Source: Octopus bimaculoides (taxonomy: Eukaryota). From it: DNA of 64,000 nt. The translations under genes and the position numbers were made by a program. The DNA lies in NCBI RefSeq assembly GCF_001194135.2, contig NC_068984.1, positions 41,628,136 through 41,692,135 on the forward strand, written 5' to 3'. Under the pieces are notes generated by a model. The model made no database searches, was not told where the DNA came from, and was given only the letters and a program-made list of their open reading frames with translations. The number at the start of each line of letters is the position of its first letter. Positions within the stretch are counted from its first letter, which is position 1. Below, one piece after another: positions 23,701-37,200 of this stretch.

Positions 23701-26700
23701 TAATATAAAAATTTTTGCAGATGACTGTAAGCTTTTAAAGGTTGTTGACAGGATGGGAGACCAGACAAATCTTCAATTGGACCTAATTGCTGTTATCCAA
23801 TGGGCACAGAAACATAACATGTAAGAATAAGTTTGAGTTAATCCACTTTGGCAAAGAGGCTGCACTTAAACAACCATATATTCTTCCTTCAGGCGAACAC
23901 CTCACAGCATCAAACACCACTAGGGACCTCAGTGTGACTGTCGACGATAACTGAAGTTGGAGTGTCCACATAAACAAGAAAGTCAACATGGAACGCAGGG
24001 CGTGCTCCTGGATCCCCAGGACTTCAGTCTAGAGATGCTCCAACCATTATCCTTCTTTCTTCTACCTTCACTTGTCCTCACCTTGAATACTGTTGTCCGC
24101 TGTGGTCTCCCTACATGAGGCAGAATATTAAAAATCTTGAAGCACCTCAGAGATCAATTACAAAAAAAAAATTGATGGCATGTCTGGTCTTAATTACTGG
24201 GATCGACTCACGAATCTCAAACTGTATTCTCTCCAGTGCCGCCAAGAGCGTTATATTATTTGTATGATGTGGAAATTGTTCTGACAGTATTGCCCAAATG
24301 ATATCAGTATCACTTTCAAAATCCACCCAAGGCTTGGTCCCCATGCCATGCATCCTCTACAGAAAACTTTTCTCTCAGTACATCACAACACTAAGACAGA
24401 ACTACTTCTCCTCAACTTGACCTACTCTTTTTAACATCATTCCAAAACATATAAAGGAGGAAAAAGATTTCATAACCTTCAAAAACTTCCTGAATGAATA
24501 TCTCCAACAAATTCCAGACAAACCACCTACACCCGGATATACTGCTGCAAACAACAACTCTTTAATCAAATGGGCAATGGTGCCTAAAAGTAATTATACA
24601 AAAATACATTACTAAATGTTGTTTCCAGGTGGTGCTATTAAGTTAGCTATGGCCTGGGCCAATGCGGCCGAAACCTATCTAAGTTTAAGTATTAGATCAC
24701 TAGTGCTGTTACTTGTATCCTTTGCAGGAGGAAATTTATCCTATCTCTTGGATAGAATCCTATCCAGGAGGAAATTTATCTCTCAACCCTTGAAGCCATA
24801 AATCTAGAGCTAAACATCAGCTCTGTGAGTCCATTCAGGCTTGGGAGATATTTAACCATATCGTATCATCTTGTGTCTAAAGTTAATGTTAAATGCTATT
24901 TATTTAAATTGATTCTTTCTAGTAAAATGTGCTGGGCTAGCTCTTTTCTATACTGTCATAAATATAGATACTCTATCTTGCTATTTATTTGCTTGTCTGT
25001 TTCATTTTTATTATAGCAGTTTGATTTTTAGCAATTTCTTTCATAGCATGTTCGACCTTCCTCATTATCCTGTTTCTGGAACTTAGTAGCCATGCTGCTT
25101 GGTTGTTTGTGGTGCACCCTCTCACCCCACCCCACCACATATACTGGAATTTTTTCTCTTGGTACCTTTCCTATACGGAAACTTGTATGGAATACTCTCT
25201 TCCACCCCTTCCCTCTTTGACATCATCCCACTAGCAATGACAGTACCAGAATATAAATAAAGTGTAGCTAGCTTGCTCACTGCTGAAGTGTGGTAAGTGT
25301 ATTTGCCAGTTAATTATCAGCACTATTTTATCTTTTTATAAACAATGGTTTATACCACACTCTCTTTCCATGGTAGAGTGTGGTAGACACAGCAAGAGTG
25401 AAGCAAATAAGTGACAGTAAATTAAATTCAAGTTGAAATTTATATGAAACTTAAGTGAACTATGGAAGCTAATAGGTCTTCTATTATTTAACAAGTTATA
25501 TTACAAACAAATTGTTAAATAACCTACATGAGCTTCGAAACCCTTGTCACCAGACATTGTAATGTAGTTTGTTACATACAATGAATAAGATAACCAGACA
25601 AAAGTAAAAACAATGTAACGAACTAACAAATCTCTTTATGAACCAACAATCAATATTCCTTGTGAATTAACCAATGGACACCTTCTGACTTCACTGCGAA
25701 CTAACACGAACTTCACTTGACTCCGAACTCTGAACTCACTTGGATCATTACTATTTATAGTTTACTTGGACCAGTCTATCTCTCGCAAGGTGTTGTAACT
25801 CTCATCACAGCACTTATAAATGCAATAACTTTCTCAGGTGAAGAATGCACCCCTCAATACAGGTTAGTTGTTAGTGACTTCAGGCTCAAGGCTGAAGTGT
25901 TTTTTTCATGTTGGAGAACAGATTATAGTCAGATGGGGCCAAATCAGGTGAATAAGGAGGGTGATCAACCACTTCAAAGCCACAGTCATACACAACGGCC
26001 ATTAAAAGCAAGGACTTGTGTGTGGAAGCATTGTCCTAATGAAACAAGATCACTTTCATCAGTTTTCTCAGGCATTTGGTTTTGATAGCCTTTCATAATT
26101 GCCTCGGCAAGTTGGCATGTATGTGCCATTGTATGTTTCAGTATTATTTTTGTTGTATATATTTGTGATGTGAAGATACGAGCTTATTGGATAGTGGTCC
26201 TTGTTTCTATATGTTCTTTCTTTTATAAGCAAGAATGTTTGAAAGGTGTCATATAATTTTTATTTGAAGTAGTTAGAAAGATTTCAAGCAGAAATAAGTT
26301 TGTCTTTTTAATCAGACTAATAAAGTAAGTTGACTTGAAAGTTCTCAAGGTCCTTTATTTGAGTCAGGTACTTACATGGTTTGAAATCAGCTTCATCTGC
26401 AAGTGTGTTAGTAGCTGTATTCTCAAAGAATTGTGCCTTTCAGCTCATTTGCTCGATCATCTTTTCCACCTTCTTAATAGGACTTCCTCGATGATATCTT
26501 CATGTGTTGCAGTGAATATAGTAGTTGTCCTTCTACTTTTGGCTGTTCTTCATCCATAGATAGAGTTCAGCAAGATTTGGAACAGTTATACAGATAGGTG
26601 TACAAACAAAAGAAAGTACTCTTCATGTTGTGAATATTAAATATCTATATTAACAAACTGACTCAAATCTTAAAATACACAATTAACATGTCTGATCATT

Positions 26701-29700
26701 TGGATGCTTTAATACTGGGTGACAAGGTAGTCACTGTGTCTAAATAAGGGTGATTGTCATTGGATAAGTAAGGCTAGTTTTAGGTTACATAGTGAAATTG
26801 ATAACTTTGATGAATGGAATAGCAATTTTTGTTTTTATTAGAACAAACCTTTTTTATCCAATGACACTCATTGTTATTTAGAAACCCTACTCTTTCATCT
26901 TTTATCATTCACATGTGAATGATTAGTTGTGCTTTTGCACATGCAGAAATTTTTGAAATGGAAACAGGAGTCAAACTTTTGAAACAAATATGTAATCTCA
27001 AAGATATATGCTGAGTGCACTTTCTTTTCATTTGTAACAAGTGCATATGCATGTGCTTGTGCATATGCATATTTATATATATTACTTTTATGCACACCCA
27101 CACATTAAAATATATAGACATGCTTATCTATGCTAAACAGTATAAATTAACGCATGGAAAGACAGAACATCTACTAAAAAAAATCTATATTTATAATTTC
27201 AGGAAATGATAAAACAGGTGATCTGATTGGAAAATTTTGTTTAAATAACACAAATAAAGTGATTGTATCTTCAAGTCATTCCTTATTTCTACAATATGTC
27301 ACTCAGAATTTGAACTCCAACGATAGACTGTCTTTCAACTACACAATAAAAGGTATTTTTTTTTTTATTGTATTGATTACAAAGCTTTTCTGTATTAACA
27401 CTTCTTTGCATTTTCAATTTTAACTTTTTTTTCTAATCACAAAATTGGCAAATACTCACCTATCAACTGGTTCCACTTTTTGCCTATCTTATTTTATCAC
27501 TACAATGGCCTCTATTTTTCTTAGTAGCTAGCTACATGCCAACAGTCATCTCCTTTCACCACTCACCTCTGATCATGCACCAACCATTAAAATGAATCAG
27601 TCTTATGCCATCGACCCTCTGTAATACAATCATGTTTTTCCTGCAAATGCCATTGTAAATGTTCACAATTGACTTTAGCCCCATGTCAATCATATTAGCC
27701 TTAGAGAGCCTCTGAATTCAAAACAAAGTCGGACAATAATAAAAACACTCTAAGGTACTTTAATGATTTATTGTTTCAGCCGTCTCACTTTTTATCAATC
27801 ACAGAGTGTCATAGCACAATTGATTCTTGACATGATAGATCTAGATGTGATGTAGTTTCATTTTATGCTGGAAGAGATACCATTGGTGTAATCTTCCTAG
27901 TGAAGCAACTGCAGGAGAATTACTTGGCTAAGAGTATACCTTTATTCCTGGTCTTTGTTGTTCTGGAGAAGGCATTTGACAGGGTAACAAATACTGTAAC
28001 ATAGTTGTCTTGGAGGAAACTAGGCATTGATGAATGGCTTGTGAGAGCTGTACAAGCCATGTACTAAGCCACAATAAGTAAAGTCAGTCAACAACAACTT
28101 CAGTGAAAAATTTAGCATGAAGATTAGAGTCCATGAAGGTCCTGTACTCAGTTCCCTCTTATTGATCATAGTCCAACTGGTCTTCACTGAGGAGTTTAAA
28201 ACTGGCTGTCCATGGGAACTCCAATATGCTGATGATCTAGTTCTCATAGCTGAATTTATAGAGGAATTAGAGAGGAAATTTCAGGCATGGAAGCTAAACC
28301 TAGAATAAAAATGTCTTAAGGTAAACTTAGAAAAGACAGTGGTTTTAGTAAGTAAGACAGTACCCTGAAACCTTCTGGGAAATGGCCTTGTTCAATATGT
28401 AGAAAATGGGTAAGTATAAACTCCATCTGCTGTATGTAATGTACACTATGGACACACAACAGATGTAACAGAATCATAGGCAGACTATCAGAGAACATAA
28501 ACTTCATGTGTAATAGATGACTTAGAGCAGTATTTTCTATGAACACACTGGAAATAAACCCCCATGAATGTCTGGATGTCTCACTAGAAGTAGCCGATAG
28601 CTTTTTTTCTACCTAGATGTCATCAGCAAAAGAAGTGTTGTTTTTGAAAGTATAGTAACCAAAGTAAGAATGAGTTGGAGAATGTTCAGAAAGCAACTAC
28701 TGCTGCTGGCAACAAAGTCTTTTTCCTATTGAGTGAAAGACAGATTGTATAATGCTTGAGTTAGAACTGCCATACTGCATGGTAGTGAGACATGGACTTT
28801 GAATGTAGAGGACATGAAAAGACTGGAAAGAAATGGAGTGAGCATGCTCTGTTGAATGTGAAATGTAAGTGTGCATGGACAATATAGTATAAATTTGCTG
28901 CGAGGAAAACTGGGCATAAGAGGAAATGGATATACCATGCAAGAAGGAAGATTGTGCTGGTATCAACGTGATGCTTATGGATAAGGAGAGCTGTGTGAAG
29001 AAGTGCTAATCATTAAATGTGGTTGGAACCTGTGGTTGAGGGAGACCCAGGAAGATATGGTGCAAAATGGTGAAGGCTAACCTCAAGATCCTGAGCCTTA
29101 CAGAAGAAAGAGCAAGATTCTGGGATGGCTGGCAATATGTAGCTCTCATGAAGACCCACCTGTTGCAGTAAAACTAACTTTTGAAAGCACTTGAGGAAGA
29201 TCTTGTATAAGGGGTGTAATTCCTATTATATACTATGCAGTTTTGAAAGGTTCTTATGAAGAGCTTTCAGAATATTATTTGGTTTGATTTAATTATTACA
29301 ACATATGTGTATGTTTGTGTGCACAAGTAGGCACCTCACTCAATCGATCTCTTCTTCATATTGCTGCCCCCCCCCACTATCTCTCACACTACAGTTTTTC
29401 CCCTTCTTCTGACACCACTTTTCATTCTTGCTATCCAGAACTATTTTTCTTGTAGCCATTCTTCATCCATTTATATTGTTCTTTACAACCACTTTATATT
29501 GGTCATCTTGTACCCTCACTTGATCACCAATTTATCTCTCCTCATGCACTATGCCTCTCTCTCTCTGTCTCTCTCTCTGTCTCTCTCTCTCTCTCCCTAA
29601 AGTCACTTACTGAAACAATTGTTTAATTTACTGAGGAACCACCTAGCTTATGTTAGCAAGGTGAAAAAAAAAAACTTAAACAGCTTTATCAAGTGGATTA

Positions 29701-32700
29701 ATTTACTGAGATATAGATTTTTATAATTTGTTTTTAAATAGTATTGAGTGAAGAGGAAGGACAGTATACAGAAACTGTTTTAATGTAATTGAAAACTAGG
29801 AAAAGAGAAAAACAATAGCCTCAGTCCCAAGTTCTAGTCTGAATATTTGCAAAAAGTGAACTATACTTAAAGGTACCTAAAGATCCAGTAATGATGATAA
29901 ACTGAGAGGTGGATTGTTTTATTGATTTAGAGGGAATTATACTGTAGAGTATTTATTTTAAAGAACATATATGAGGTAAAATGTTTATAACTGAGAAACA
30001 AAAACAAATCAGAATGCATTTTATGTGAGCTTATTTATGACACTTGGTTTTCTTTTTCAAGGTTTATAGACAAAACATCTGAAGATTTATAAAACTGGGA
30101 TGAGTAAGCCAGCAATATGAGCATTAATGTGTTAACTGACCTAGTATTAACTGGAAATTAGGACTGACTCACAAATTTGGTTGAACAAGAGTTTTCTCTT
30201 TTGCTTTTTGAAGATCTCTACTAATCATTGCCTCATTCACATCTATTATCTCAGAAATTAATATTAATTTGTTTCAAAAGTTTGATTCATATCCACTGAT
30301 AGAAACAAATTATTCAAATATTCAAAATCATCTAACCCATTCTACAGGGTGTCCACAAGGTCTGGGTACATGGAGTAAATAAAATGATAACATAAACAAT
30401 TAAATATAAGAAATAATAATTTCTTAAAGTATGTGTTAATCCCCATGTGGGTACATGGAGTAAATAAAATCATAACATAAACAATTAAATATAAGGAATA
30501 ATAATTTCTTAAAGTATGTGGTAATCCCCATGTACCCAGACTTTGTGGACACCATGTAGAATGGAAAATTAAATGTTAAACGTTTAATAGTAAATATATA
30601 TAAATATGAATTTGTATTCCTATAAAATAGGTATTATGAAACTATGATCTTTTTGTATTTCAGAATGTGGCGGCATATTAACTAATGGAATAGGTATGAT
30701 TTCAAGTCCTAATTATCCTAGCTCCTATCCAGCAAATATTAGCTGTATGTGGAAAATTATTGGTGATGAAGGGCTGAAAATTAATGTAAGTAAACTATCC
30801 ATCAAATTATGAATATAGCTTTTAATATGATATTGCTAAGAGTTGGAGGCAGGAGATACTTTGATTTATATTGATTTGAGAATTACAACCAAAATATGAA
30901 AGCACAGTGGTTAAGCTTTATCTTTCTTAACAGGAAATTTGTTAGAGTTAGATGATATTCACCTTACTGCTGTTGCTTAATAAGCAACATATTGTGGTAA
31001 ATGCATCATACAAAAGCAAATTATGGTCTGAATCAAAAGGTAAGACTGACAAAAATATATCAATGGTTATTTTTATATTTGTCAGGAACTTTGTAATAGT
31101 AAAATTAGTTGTTGAAATGATGATAAAAACTGCAGGTATATTTGATAATAATATGATTTTAAAACTTAGAAATAAAGTAAGTTGTAAAATAGAAATCTCA
31201 TCATTTTGCAGTTTGGGATTTATAATAATTCATTTAATGATGTCTTTGAAAATCAGTGAAAAGATTGTTAAAACCATTTAAAAACATGATTGTTAAAACC
31301 ATTTAAATTAGAAATCTAACTCTTTTTAAAAATAAGAAATCTATTTTCAGTAGTTGTATCTTACTAAATTAAATAAATATCTTTAACCCTTTCGAGTACC
31401 AGTGGAATCTTCCAGTGAAAACCTCAATAAAATGTAATAGACCTGATATAGTGATTTGTGATGGAGAAGAGAAACTGTACAGTTGTGGAAATCAGCTGCC
31501 CAACTGGCGTTAGCATAAAACTAAAGATCAGCAGAAAAGAAAATATCTACGCTGAACTATTGAGGAATCTACAGCTACTCTATTCAGATTACAGCTTCAG
31601 GTTTATACCTGTAATTATTGGGGCACAGGAATATGTAACACACTGCCTAAATACCAACTTAGAGAAATTAGGCTTCTCAAAACCAGAAAGGAGTCTGATT
31701 CAAAGACTACAAATCCATGCCATCTCTGTAACTGTAAAAATCTGTAAAACTTTCCAGAAGCTTATCAGTAAGTATATATGAGCATGTCTAGATATGCAAG
31801 TATATGCATGAGAATACATGCATAAAACAAAACATACAAATCTGTGCATATACATACATGCATGCATGCACGCATGCACTCACGCACGCACACACTGCGA
31901 GCTGGGAAAAACGTTAGCACACCGGGCGAAATGCTTAGCGGTATTTTGTCTGCCGCTACGTTCTGAGTTCAAATTCCGCTGAGGTCGATTTTGCCTTTCA
32001 TCCTTTCGGGGTCGATTAAATAAGTACCAGTTATGCACTGGGGTCGATATAATTGACTTAATCCGTTTGTCTGTCCTTGTTTGTCCCCTCTGTGTGTAGC
32101 CCCTTGTGGGTAGTAAAGAAATAACACACACACTCACACATACATACATAACCTTGTTGATGTTGAAATTCCAATGAAGGAGTCTTCCTTTCTATTGGCA
32201 AGAAATCTTGAAATAGAACTGAATAATGACATACATACAGAGGGAGAGAAAGAATGGGGAGTTGTGAAGCAAAGTGGAAGCCATATTACTGCCGAACACA
32301 TTTCACAAAAATTATAATAATGATTCAATTTGAATCATAGTTATTGGCTGAAGAAGCAGTATCTGAATGGTAAATCCCCTTCTTCAGGAATATTCAAGAA
32401 ATTTTGAATTTTTGGATTTTTCATATATTTAGTTATGTTTCTTATTGAGTATTACATTAACTGCATAATTTGTCTTTAACTCTAATAATTTATTTTGTTA
32501 TTACAGCTAACTATGATGCATGTTGATATTGAAGATAGTACTAACTGCACAAAAGATTATATTGATATTCTAAATGGTGAGCATCACACTTCTCCTTCAC
32601 TTGGTAAAATCTGTGGTATGGTGACAACAAGAACTCTTCGAACTGGAAGCAATGCTGCTATCATTCTCTTTAAATCTGATAGCTTTACCAGTGGAGTGGG

Positions 32701-33593
32701 CTTTCAAATACGCTATCAAATAGAAAACGATGGTAAGCTTAACTTTGAATGAAATATTTGTAATTTCTAAAATTTACTGCACATTTTAAATTTGGTAGTC
32801 AGATAAAGCAAAAAGACAAACTGTAATTATTTTGATTGAATTACGTTGCTGCTTTTTATTTATTAAATTTGCTGGAATAAGAACTGATTGGAAAAAGTTC
32901 TGGGAGCTGCTACTATTGTTGACAACAAAGATCTTTTCCCTAAGAGTGAAGGGCAGAGTGTATGATGCTAGAAGTGCTATTCTGCATGACAATGAGATAT
33001 GGGCTTTGAATGTAAAAAGACTTTAAAAAACTGGAAAGCGATGGAATGAGGATTCTTCATTGGATGTGCTATGTGAGTGTGTCTGAGAAAATTAGTATGA
33101 AGGTGTTGTGTGAAAAATTGGGTATAAGAGGAATCAGAGGAATTAAATATTGTATTCAAGAAAGAAGATGGCACTAGTATTGTCATGTGTTACATATGGA
33201 TGAGGACAGTTGTATAAAAAAGATCTGATTGTTTAATGTGGCTGCAACCTACAGAAAAGGAAGACCCAGGAAGACATGGAGTGAAGTGGTGAAAGCTGAC
33301 TTCAGGAATCTGAGCCTGATAGACAAGATGAAAAAGAACTAGGATCTCAAAAAGATGTGCCCTCCTCAGTAAAACTGAGTTGTGGGTGCTCTATGTTTTG
33401 GGTTCAACTGCATGCACTTCTTGTTGCCAAACCTTATTCTGTTCCATTGGTCTTTGAACCCACAGAATGACTAGTTGCAGTGTTAAGCAGGAATGTAAAC
33501 ATTACTGTTTTGCTTAGTGATAAACAAAAATAGATGTAGAATGTCAAGAAACATGCACACACATTTATAAATATATATATATATATATATTTA

Positions 33594-33640
<47 letters not shown>

Positions 33641-33697
33641 TATCTACCTGTCTGTCTGTCTATCTACACACAGACACACACAGACACACAGACACAT

Positions 33698-33737
<40 letters not shown>

Positions 33738-34212
33738 ACATACATATACACATGCACAATGAACTTCAATACAGTTTCCATTTTACAATTCCATTTTTAA
33801 GGCATTGATTGACCCAATGCTGTTGTAAAAGACAGTCTCTCAAGATACCTCATGGTGAGACAAGCGTCTTCTATATTTCTCTGTTGGCCAATGCCTTATA
33901 AATACAACTGATTGGTTGAAACTGTTAGGAAACTTGTTAAGTGTGCGTGTGTACTAATCTTAACATTTTGATTAATAAAAAAATTTATAAGCCTTCGTCA
34001 GCTAGACTAAAATATATTCCTACTTTAACCAAAGCGTTCTCTACCAAATACTTCTAAAATCAAATGGTCTCTCTATGAAGCCCTAAAAGTTCTCTAACCA
34101 TGTTCAGCTCTTTTTGTACTTTCACTTTCTACAGTAAGGTCATAAGACAAACTTTACTCTGATCCAATGTAGTCTCACTTGGAAACTTCACACTCTACAG
34201 TTTTTCCTAGCC

Positions 34213-34246
<34 letters not shown>

Positions 34247-37200
34247 ATACTGCTACATTTTATCTGATAATATATTCGCACTTGGCTAAAGTGTTAGATT
34301 ATTGATGATGTGACTATGAACTCAAACTCTACAAATTCCACTGTTTTGAGCTTTTGTACAAATACTAAGTAAAACAGAACTATTTTTCTAGGTTTGCACG
34401 AGTGACAGGAAGAACACCCAGATGTAAAGATACCACACAACAGAAATGTTCAAATTTGATGAGGTGGGAGAAACCAACCCACATATGTTCCCTATAGAAA
34501 AAAAATGGTTATAAAACAGTCAGCAATAAAATTCAAATTTTGATGGTAGCAGTTAAAATAGTTGTTCACAAGTATTTTTGTTGGATATTTTCAATTTTTT
34601 CTATTTTTCTAATTTGACTTTGAAAGGTTGTGGTGGAGTTTACAGTAAACATAGTGGAGAAATAATGAGTCCGAATTACCCCAATAGCTATCCTCCTAAC
34701 AGAGAATGCACATGGAATTTGCAGGTACCAAATGGTTATAGACTAAACCTGAGTTTTATTCCACCATTTGATTTGGAACATTCAGAGGGATGTGTAAATG
34801 ACTATGTGAAGGTAATGGATATTTTCATCTTCTGTTTGTTATTAGATATTACTGAGTTATAAAGAGACTGAATAGTTTATTAAGTTATCAAATTTGTAAA
34901 CAGCACAGAGCAGGTTCATATCTTACAAAAATCATTTTATTTTACTCATCTAACTTTTTAATGTTCCTGCATTGTGTTAAAACTAACTAGAAAAAGAATT
35001 GGGATGAGATGGGCAGACTATTAGCCAATGTTATTTTGGGATGAGGTTGGGGAACTAATAGCCAATGTTATTTTGATCATTTTGGCTACTAGATGAGACA
35101 ACTCTAGGCATGTTTAGGTCTTATTGGAGCTCCTCAGTGAAGCATAGACTCTTATTTTGAGAAGACATGTGATTAATAGAATAAAACACTTATTTAATAT
35201 ATGTCATCATAAAATGAATTTAAAGAATGGAAAGAATGGGCCTGTGCATCAGTCTTACATTTTTCTATTTATGTTCGTTTCGGTATTATCAAAAGTCAAA
35301 AATTGCAAAGCTATCCTTTCACAGAATGGTTGATGATGTCAAAGGTGTACAGGAAGTGACTATTTTTGGTTTGGGATATAGAGGGATACTACTGTGCTTT
35401 TTTTCATAAAATATATTGTTTTTCATTAGAGATTTACATTGTAATACATATAAATATGAGTGTATGCATGGCTGTGTAATAAAGAAGTTTGCCTCATAAC
35501 TATGTGATTTTGGGCCCACTCCTACTCAGTTTGATCAAAGCTTGGTGAGTAAAATTTAGTAGATAGAGACTGTGTAGAGGGACCATTCCTGTTGTTGATT
35601 GGTTTAATACTACTATATATCTCCAGAGTGAATAATTTCTTCTTTTCCTCTCATGTGTTGGAGGCCTTAAAATGCTCATGGGTATTACCCTTCTAATTCT
35701 GACTGAATCACATGAGTTGGGGATGAGGGATTATTATACCCCATCACTCTACTAATTTGAAAAATCACTTTCATTTACATTTTTTGTTTCACATATAGAA
35801 TATGGATGTATACCAATGGTCTTGCTAACTTCTACTTAGTATAAGAGTAATTCATAACTTTTCATTTGTTTCTCTAGAGAAAGAAAAGCCAAGTAATCTT
35901 GGAATGTTACTAGTTTGGATGGATTAATAATAATTAAAAATGAATGATAGTTTTTGAAAATCATTCATTCAAGTATAAATGTTAATTAAATATTCGTTTA
36001 ATAAAAAAAATGAAACACAAAGAATTTTCACTACAAATGCAACTTTTGAAGTTAATTTGGTGATAATATATTTGAAATTCAGTCTTCTCTTGATCTCTCA
36101 TCAAATTTCTAAAGATTGTTCAATAATTTGTTTTCTTTTTCTTTTTCAGTTGGAAATTCCAAATCTTAACACTACACAGAATCCTTCAAAATATTGTTCC
36201 AATATTTTACCAAACACATCTAGTTTCTTTACCTCGGTTATGACCATAACTTTCAGATCAAATTCTGATATAAGTGGCAACGGCTTTTTAGCAAGATGGA
36301 AAGCTGGTGAGTTAGAACAAGACAATGCATTGTTATTTCAGTGAAATGAGTCTAGTGTCAATGGTAATGTTGCTTTCAAATTTTGTCATAAGGTCAACAA
36401 TTTTGAAGGAGGGAGTAAATCAATTACATCGACGCCAGTGCTCAACTGGTACTTATATTATTGATCTCAAAGGATGAAAGGCAAAGTTGACCTCAGCAGA
36501 ATTTGAACTCAGAATGTAAAGATGGACAAAATGCCACTAAATATTTTGCCATGCATGCTAAGGATTCTGCCAGCTCAGCACCTTAGTGTAAATGATAATA
36601 TTGAATTTCTTTTTTGGATTTGTAAACGAGTAAATATAGTGACATGAGATGAAAGATAAACTGAATATAAGAGGAATCATATGTAGTGTGCAAGAGAGAT
36701 GACTGCACTGGTACAGCATATAATGCATTGGGACAATAACAGATGGGTAAAGAAGTGCCAGGTAATCTAAGATGAGCGAAGCTGTGGGAGAGGAAAGCCA
36801 AAGAAGACATGGGTTGTAGCGGTGTAAACTAATTTCGGGATTTTGAACCTTATAAAGTATATGAAAAAGGAATACAGCAAACAGTGTGGTGCTGTGTTGG
36901 GGACATGCTGTTCAACACATGCAATTAATGGTAAATGGACATAGAAATTATGATGACAGTGACATCATTATTTTGAATCTCATTGTTATCACTGTCATCA
37001 TGTAATTGCCAATGATGATGATTGATTATGAGCTCTCGAAAAGATACCTCTACACATAAGATACCTCTCCACATAAGATACCTCTCCACATAAGATACCT
37101 CTCCACATAAGATACCTCTCCACATAAGATACCTTTCCTAGTTCAGAATATCAGAGTACTAATGAGTCTCAATCTCCTTTGATGAATTTTTGTGGTTAGC

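Noticed and set aside
24640-24690. GGCC...GGCC-GAAAC at the LINE 3' end as a hammerhead
   Set aside because: No CTGANGA and no stem I or III; more likely the LINE 3' stem-loop.
25520-25552. CATGAG-CTT-CGAAAC-CCTT-GTC as a hammerhead
   Set aside because: Core incomplete, stem II of 1 bp, and no stem I partner.
35015-35075. Short local duplications (also 31265-31305 and 53525-53590)
   Set aside because: Two or three copies of 17-20 bp in AT-rich DNA; ordinary slippage.
37041-37138. CRISPR-like repeat array
   Set aside because: No spacers, eukaryotic context and no cas genes; it is a minisatellite.
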